From positions 1 through 57,136 of IMG/VR virus record IMGVR_UViG_3300037307_000387: a stretch of 57,136 nucleotides of DNA; one strand, written 5' to 3'. The notes beneath the pieces were generated by a model, which worked only from the letters and a program-made list of their open reading frames with translations, searched no databases and had not been told where the DNA came from. Each line of letters starts with the position of its first letter. Positions within the stretch are counted from its first letter, which is position 1. A program made the translations under genes and the position numbers. The stretch comes from a virus (taxonomy: Duplodnaviria > Caudoviricetes). This document shows, piece after piece, positions 51,938 to 57,136 of the stretch.

Positions 51938-54504
51938 CCCCTCGCCTTCCTCAGAAAAGCCGCGTAGGCGGCGCGGTCGTACAGGACACGCCTCTTGCCA
52001 AGCCCCTCGGCTATCAACCTCGGCTGCTCCCCGAGCGGGACGTTGTTGTCGAAGAGACGCCACGAGTCGAGCTTCCCGCTCTTCGTCACCCTCGGGAACA
52101 CACGCGACACCGACTTGTGAGTCTCGACTATCACGGAGTCGGGCACCCATCGCCCCGTCCGCTCTGCCCGTTTCCTCGCGCCCTCCAGTGCGGACGAGAT
52201 GTCGCGGGTGGTGTAGACGGCCTCGATCTTCGCGCCGCCCGCCTTGAAGCCGTCGAGCTTTGAAACGAGCTTCTCGTACTTCCCGTCGCCGGTGCCGTCA
52301 TAGAGCATGTCGTGCTTGCCCTCGGACCCACGCTTCAGCGCGAGCGAGACGATGTGGGAGGACTCCTCGTAGGTAGCGACAGCGGCGAGTTTCTGCACCG
52401 ACTTGTCCCCAGCCAGCATCTCGCCGTACTCGGGGAGTTGCTTCCTGATCTCGTCCGCGTCGATGAGCACCATGTTCGGGGTGAGCATCTCGCCTCGAAT
52501 AGTCCCCTTCCCAGCGGCCGGCCCCCCGCCCATCATGCGGACGACCGGGGACTCGCTCGGCTTCTTGTCAGCGAAGATGTCGTCGAGGATCTTCTGGTGC
52601 AGCGCCTGCCGCTCAGGCGTCCACTCCCCATTGACCTTGTACCTGCGTTCGGTGTCGTAGTCCTCAATGCGGTGGGTTTGGGGCGTGGGGGGAAGGTTGA
52701 CGGACCCACCGCCGCCGGGTGAGATGAACTGCCCGCCCTTGGGCGTCCCGGCGGGGGCGTGGAGGGGCTTGTAGGCGGCCCCCTCGCGGTCAGGCGCAGA
52801 GTGGTGCTTGAGGTGGAGTTCGGCCGCGACCGAGGATTCGGCGCGCAGGTGCGAGTCGAGGGCACGGCCGTAGTGGGAGATGAAGCGGTCGATCGCCACG
52901 GCCCGCTCGGCCGCCCGCCAGTCCCCGCGCTTCAGCGCGAGGGACAGGGCCTCGAGATTCGAGGACTCGATGCCCTCATGCACCGCCGCGGAGAAACCAC
53001 GCTGAAGCCAGTCCGTCGCCCTCTGGATCTCCCGCTCGGACTCGTGGGGCATAGTGCCGAGTCCGAGCAGGTCGAAAGGGAGCGCCTGCCTCTCCTCCTC
53101 ATCCTCGTCCTCACGCGGCGGGCCTTCGTCGGATTTGGACTTGTTGGGCGGGAGGCCGGGCTTCCCACCACCCGCCATCGCCTGCTGCGCCGCCTCCTTC
53201 GCCTTCTCCGCGTCCTCGATGATCTTCCCCGACTCCACATCCTCTCGTCGCACCAGCGCACCCGTGGATGGCTTCCAGAAGTAGTCGGTCTTCACCTCGT
53301 CGAGGTCGGAGAGGGTTCGGGCCTCGTTGAAAGAGGCAAGGCCGTTCAGGAACAGCTTCGACGCCCGCTCGACGCGCGCGTTGAGGTCTTCCTGAAGCTC
53401 GGGGATGGACTCGAGATCGAAGACTAGCTCGAGGTTCTCGTCGTACTCCGAGACAATGTGGCGCGTGAGGCCGTCGCTGATCCGCCGGTAGATCGGCCCT
53501 AGCGTCTCGGTCCAGAAGGATCGCCGCGCCGACTCGGCGTTGGAGTAGGTGTTGAACTGGAGGCCGATGCGGGCTTGGATGATTGAGGGCGGCACGCCGA
53601 ACGTCGCGCACAGCCGGCTTTCGCTCATCCCCCACACTGCGTCGAGGCGAAGCTGGGCAGGCTCAGTGGCAATCGCCTGATACTCCACGTCCCCACCGAG
53701 GACGCCGACGTTGTGCCAGCGCGTCTTGCGCTGCGGGGCGATCTCGCCCGTGCCGTACTGCTCTGCCCACTCCTGCTGCACGCGCAGCCGATCCTCGCGC
53801 CGCACCGCCGGGGTCTTGAACTTGAGCAGCCCCATCGGCATCGCGCCGTTGGCGAAGAAGTCGCGGAGATAGAGGGCGGCGGCGGTGTCGATGTCGCCGA
53901 ACACCGCCGCGACGGAGAGGGGCGACAGGCCGTGGAAGTCGTTGAGCGGGTCGGGGAGGCGAAGCAGCGCGAGGTCTTTCGTTTCGATCCGCTGCGGCGC
54001 GTAGGCCTCCGAGTCGACTTTGTACTCGTAGTAGAGGACGTTGCCCTGCCGGTCGGGCACGGGCTGGATGCGGTCGGGGCGGGCTGGCTTGAGCTGGATG
54101 ATCTCGCCGCTTGCGTTGCGGCCTTTGTGGAGGTAGCCCTCGCCGGCCACCTGCTGGTGGATCAGCAGCGTCTCGATCAACTCGTACCACGACAGCCCGG
54201 GCGCGGGGCGCGCGAGCAGGTCGAGCAGCGGGTGCCCTTCTACCTCCCCCTGAGTCTTACGGTCGCGCAGGTACACGCGCGGCGCTGCGGCCGACGAGGC
54301 GATCTCGTTGACGCAGCAGTAGACGATGACGTTGTGGCGGTAGCCCTCGTCCATGAGGGTGCGCGGGTCCCAGTCGTTTACTGGGACGGGCCGCCCAGCC
54401 ACGAACCGTGTCACCACGTCGAGTTCGTTGGCGGGGGCGGGCTTGGGCTGTGCGGCAGGCTTGCGGAAGCGGTCGATGGCTCGGGTGAGCCAAGAGTTGG
54501 CCAC
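51934..54504 (-). CDS. HK97-type portal protein fused to a C-terminal zeta-toxin-like P-loop kinase
   Basis: VYCCVNEIASSAA, HPLLDLLARP, HGLSPL, FFANGAMP, FGVPP, YSNAE (portal); GGGPAAGKGT, IDADEIRK, YDGT, RAERTGRWVP (zeta-like). Confidence 0.9.
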   Translation of the reverse strand: MANSWLTRAIDRFRKPAAQPKPAPANELDVVTRFVAGRPVPVNDWDPRTLMDEGYRHNVIVYCCVNEIASSAAAPRVYLRDRKTQGEVEGHPLLDLLARPAPGLSWYELIETLLIHQQVAGEGYLHKGRNASGEIIQLKPARPDRIQPVPDRQGNVLYYEYKVDSEAYAPQRIETKDLALLRLPDPLNDFHGLSPLSVAAVFGDIDTAAALYLRDFFANGAMPMGLLKFKTPAVRREDRLRVQQEWAEQYGTGEIAPQRKTRWHNVGVLGGDVEYQAIATEPAQLRLDAVWGMSESRLCATFGVPPSIIQARIGLQFNTYSNAESARRSFWTETLGPIYRRISDGLTRHIVSEYDENLELVFDLESIPELQEDLNARVERASKLFLNGLASFNEARTLSDLDEVKTDYFWKPSTGALVRREDVESGKIIEDAEKAKEAAQQAMAGGGKPGLPPNKSKSDEGPPREDEDEEERQALPFDLLGLGTMPHESEREIQRATDWLQRGFSAAVHEGIESSNLEALSLALKRGDWRAAERAVAIDRFISHYGRALDSHLRAESSVAAELHLKHHSAPDREGAAYKPLHAPAGTPKGGQFISPGGGGSVNLPPTPQTHRIEDYDTERRYKVNGEWTPERQALHQKILDDIFADKKPSESPVVRMMGGGPAAGKGTIRGEMLTPNMVLIDADEIRKQLPEYGEMLAGDKSVQKLAAVATYEESSHIVSLALKRGSEGKHDMLYDGTGDGKYEKLVSKLDGFKAGGAKIEAVYTTRDISSALEGARKRAERTGRWVPDSVIVETHKSVSRVFPRVTKSGKLDSWRLFDNNVPLGEQPRLIAEGLGKRRVLYDRAAYAAFLRKARG

Positions 54505-54603
54505 GGGTCCTCCCGCGCTCGCTCGGCGCTCGACGTGCGGGAGCATCCTTGGCGGTGGCCCGCCGCTCTCGCCTCGCGCTGCCGGCGGTCGTCAGCGAGG
54601 GAG

Positions 54604-54646
54604 GATGACGAAGACGGGCGGTGGCGTCAAGGGCACGCCACCGCCC
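54604..54646 (-). promoter_or_regulatory. Hairpin overlapping a possible promoter (TTGACG-17-CATCCT) upstream of the portal gene
   Basis: 12-bp arms at 54616-54627 and 54635-54646; the -35 hexamer lies within the hairpin. Confidence 0.35.
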
Positions 54647-54650
54647 GGTG

Positions 54651-54968
54651 CTACCAGAACTTGAGGTCGCGGGGCCGCCAGACGATCTTGCCCTCGACCC
54701 CCTTGTCGCCCTTCGACCAGTCCTTGTACGCCCCGACCATGACGGACAGGCCACCGTTGGGGAGGCGGGCCACGGCGCTCAGCTTGGTGACGTTCTCCAC
54801 CTGCGTGCCGTCGTCGTTGTAGACGTGGTGCGCCACCACGACGACGGAATCGTCCGGGCTCATCTCGATGAGGGCTGAGTCGAGCGCGGCCTGCGTGTAC
54901 GGGTTCGAGAAGCGACGGAAGGGGCCGCTCTCGTATGTCGAGAGGTTGAGCGGCTTGTCGTCGGCCAT
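54651..54968 (-). CDS. Hypothetical protein
   Basis: ORF between the holin and the portal. Confidence 0.65.
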   Translation of the reverse strand: MADDKPLNLSTYESGPFRRFSNPYTQAALDSALIEMSPDDSVVVVAHHVYNDDGTQVENVTKLSAVARLPNGGLSVMVGAYKDWSKGDKGVEGKIVWRPRDLKFW

Positions 54969-54971
54969 GAG

Positions 54972-55325
54972 TCAGTCGGGCTTCTGCGGCGTGAGGTGCT
55001 TCTGCACCTCGTAGAGCCCCGTCGCTGCGAGCCCGAGTACCGCGCCGACGAGCGCGTTCTTCGGCGACATCGACGCCTGCTGGATCACGTTCAGCGCGAT
55101 GCCGATGAGCAGCGAGATGAGCGGGATCGACCACGACGGGAGCTTCGGAAGGAACTTCCGCACGACGCCGACGAGCAGCATCGTGAGAACCGGGATCGCG
55201 GCGGTGATGGCGCTGGCGGCGACGGCCATCCAGTCGAAGCCCGCGGCCTCGGGTGGGGTCGTCTGCGCGAGCAGGGGCACGGCGAAGGCGAAGACGGCGA
55301 AGACGAGCAGCAGGCGTCTGATCAT
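54972..55325 (-). CDS. Holin-like membrane protein
   Basis: Several TM segments; IPLISLLIG...GAVLGLAATGLYE resembles A118-type holins; has a signal-peptide-like N-terminus. Confidence 0.7.
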   Translation of the reverse strand: MIRRLLLVFAVFAFAVPLLAQTTPPEAAGFDWMAVAASAITAAIPVLTMLLVGVVRKFLPKLPSWSIPLISLLIGIALNVIQQASMSPKNALVGAVLGLAATGLYEVQKHLTPQKPD

Positions 55326-55336
55326 CAGCTTCCTCC

Positions 55337-56083
55337 TCAGTAGTCAACGTCGGCTGGGCCGGAACAGCCGGTCCCGTCCGGTAAGCACGCGCGGACCTTA
55401 CCGCGTCCGTGAACGATCGCGAAGATCCCGGCCATCGGGTGGCCACGCTCGTCGCGCTGCGCGCCGCACTCCGCGAGCCCCTCGAAGGCCGGCGTCTGCG
55501 GGTCGTCGCGGAAGCGCACGTCCCCGAAGTGATCGCACGACATCGCGCTCTCGGCCGCCTCCTGCAGGCAGGGCTTCCACGTCTGCCCGCCGTCCTGCGA
55601 GTACTGCCAGATCGGGCAGCCGCCCATGACCTTCAACTCGCATTCAAGGCGCGGCTCCCAGCCTTCGAGGTGGCAATCTTGCGAGGCGTTCGCGTGGCCC
55701 GCTTCGGCGCACCACTCCTTCGAGCCGCGCACGCGCAGCGACGTGTCGAAGCCCTGCCCGTAGGGCTTCATCCCGAGGTACTTCATCGCGCCGGCGGGCA
55801 GCGGCCACATCGGGCAGATGCGAGGTCCGGGCTTCGGCGGGCAGTCGACGGCGTTCGGCTTGTTCTCGACGCCGATCACGTCGCCTCGCGAGTTGTAGAC
55901 GGGGCAGGCGTAGACCCAGCCGCCGCCGGGGTCGTGATAGCACCCGTAGTTCTGCCCGGGTCCGCACACGGGGGTCGGGGTCGTCGGCGCTGGCGGGGGC
56001 GGCGTCGGCGGCTTCGGCTTCGGCTTCGACGACGCGCACGCAGCGGTGAGCAGAACGGCGGCAACGACAGCGGTCAGTCTCAT
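55337..56083 (-). CDS. Cys-rich lipoprotein with Pro-rich linker
   Basis: MRLTAVVAAVLLTAA|C lipobox; KPKPKPPTPPPP; many Cys. Confidence 0.8.
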   Translation of the reverse strand: MRLTAVVAAVLLTAACASSKPKPKPPTPPPPAPTTPTPVCGPGQNYGCYHDPGGGWVYACPVYNSRGDVIGVENKPNAVDCPPKPGPRICPMWPLPAGAMKYLGMKPYGQGFDTSLRVRGSKEWCAEAGHANASQDCHLEGWEPRLECELKVMGGCPIWQYSQDGGQTWKPCLQEAAESAMSCDHFGDVRFRDDPQTPAFEGLAECGAQRDERGHPMAGIFAIVHGRGKVRACLPDGTGCSGPADVDY

Positions 56084-56766
56084 TCGACCTCCTTCTCGAT
56101 CATGCACGTCATGGACAGCGGGCCGCGCTCGAAGATCGTCACGCTCTCGACCTGCCGTTGCAGGCGCTCAAGCTCCTCGGCTCTGAGGTAGTGCGCGGGT
56201 GGGATGTAGCCCGCGCCGGCGAGGTGCTCGACGAGCGAGAGCGTGGTGTTGTCCACGTCACTGAGCACGCCCCACTTCTTCGGCTGCGCCGAGCGCGACG
56301 TGTGCAGGTCTTCGAGGATGTAGATCCCGCCGGGGGCGAGCACCTGCCAGAGGACGCCGAGCGTCACCTGCTGCTCGTTCATCCGGTGCCCGCCGTCGTC
56401 GACGACGAGGTCGAACGCGCCGGGTCCGAAGTCGGCGAGCGCCATCAGCAGCGCGTCGCGGCTGCCCTGATCGGCGACGTTCGTGCGGATGCGGTCCTTG
56501 ACGTGGGACCAGCACGGCGGCTGCGGCGGCTGGCTGTAGTCGACGAGGTCGATCCCGCACACCTGCGCGCGCGGGAAGTAGTCGGCCCACATCGCGAGCG
56601 AGCCGCCATCGAGGATGCCGACCTCGAGGACCCGCAGCGTGCTGAAGCGCCGCGTCCGCAGCCGCGTCTCGTAGAAGTGGGTGAACTCGTGCCCGCCCTC
56701 GCCGCCCTTGTCGGTCGCGTAGCGCGCGGCGAGCCGCGTGAGCAGGCCGTAGTCGAGCCCGTTCAT
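56080..56766 (-). CDS. Class I SAM methyltransferase (sugar O-methyltransferase-like)
   Basis: TDK...H...Y, LEVGILDGGSL.MW..YFP, DQ, FDLVVDDGGH, GGIYILED. Confidence 0.88.
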   Translation of the reverse strand: MNGLDYGLLTRLAARYATDKGGEGGHEFTHFYETRLRTRRFSTLRVLEVGILDGGSLAMWADYFPRAQVCGIDLVDYSQPPQPPCWSHVKDRIRTNVADQGSRDALLMALADFGPGAFDLVVDDGGHRMNEQQVTLGVLWQVLAPGGIYILEDLHTSRSAQPKKWGVLSDVDNTTLSLVEHLAGAGYIPPAHYLRAEELERLQRQVESVTIFERGPLSMTCMIEKEVE

Positions 56767-56876
56767 CGGCGCACCCGCTTGCCCTTCCACCACGCGCGCA
56801 GGGCATCGACGGCGGCGAGCGCGACGAGCCCGCCCCCGACGACGACGAGGGTGACGACGCTGGCGGTCTTGCTCAC
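56763..56876 (-). CDS. 37-aa membrane peptide
   Basis: GGAGGT RBS plus GTG; MSKTASVVTLVVVGGGLVALAAVDALRAWWKGKRVRR. Confidence 0.5.
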   Translation of the reverse strand: MSKTASVVTLVVVGGGLVALAAVDALRAWWKGKRVRR

Positions 56877-56905
56877 GACCTTCACCTCCACAGGCCCCGA
56901 CTCCA

Positions 56906-57136
56906 CTACAGCCATCGCATCCTCTCGATGCAGTCCATGACGCTCTCCTCGTGCCCGCCGAGGAACCGAAGCTCCTCGAAGATGCGCCGGCGCAGCAACC
57001 CGCGGACGGGCTTCGGCGGCTTGCCGGCGTAGTGCCAGCGCCGAAACTCGCGGGCCGCGCCGAACGTGTCGCCCGCATTGAGCTTCCGCAGCAACGTCGA
57101 CCCTTCGAGCGCAGCGATGCCGAGATTGAAGGCGAA
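56906..57136 (-). CDS. Endolysin, GH24 phage lysozyme (3' part; start beyond the window)
   Basis: FAFNLG...STLLRKLNAGD..GAAREFRRW...GLLRRR..E..F. Confidence 0.9.
   Translation of the reverse strand, partial: FAFNLGIAALEGSTLLRKLNAGDTFGAAREFRRWHYAGKPPKPVRGLLRRRIFEELRFLGGHEESVMDCIERMRWL

Overview
The window is a high-GC tailed phage genome of HK97/siphovirus type. It is probably almost complete and opened inside the endolysin gene. The + strand arm (about 3.9-21.7 kb) carries early, recombination and replication genes: many small Cys-rich ORFs, a SpoVG-like protein, an AAA+ ATPase operon, an XRE HTH protein, a PD-(D/E)XK exonuclease with RecT, a replication initiator and a NinG-like nuclease. 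The - strand arm carries late genes: ParB-ParB-DUF4417-like-terS-terL, then (across the window ends) lysis genes, portal, MuF, glycosyl- and methyltransferases, fibre-like proteins, prohead protease, capsid, head-tail connector, tail, tape measure and tail-tip genes. I saw no integrase, tRNA or CRISPR array. Five observations stand out. (1) A Ycf46-type AAA+ ATPase has its Walker B segment placed before Walker A, i.e. an internal permutation. (2) A short peptide motif, F/A-x-x-D/E/G-x-ERRVR, is shared by that ATPase and three unrelated phage proteins. (3) The portal is fused to a zeta-toxin-like kinase and followed by a small acidic partner gene, and the adjacent MuF protein carries kinase-like, ADP-ribosyltransferase-like and HTH domains. 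(4) A zinc-finger protein contains an internal type IV prepilin cleavage motif. (5) A GTTAAC-centred element occurs in inverted copies bracketing the early arm. All family assignments come from motif recognition by eye; no database search was run.
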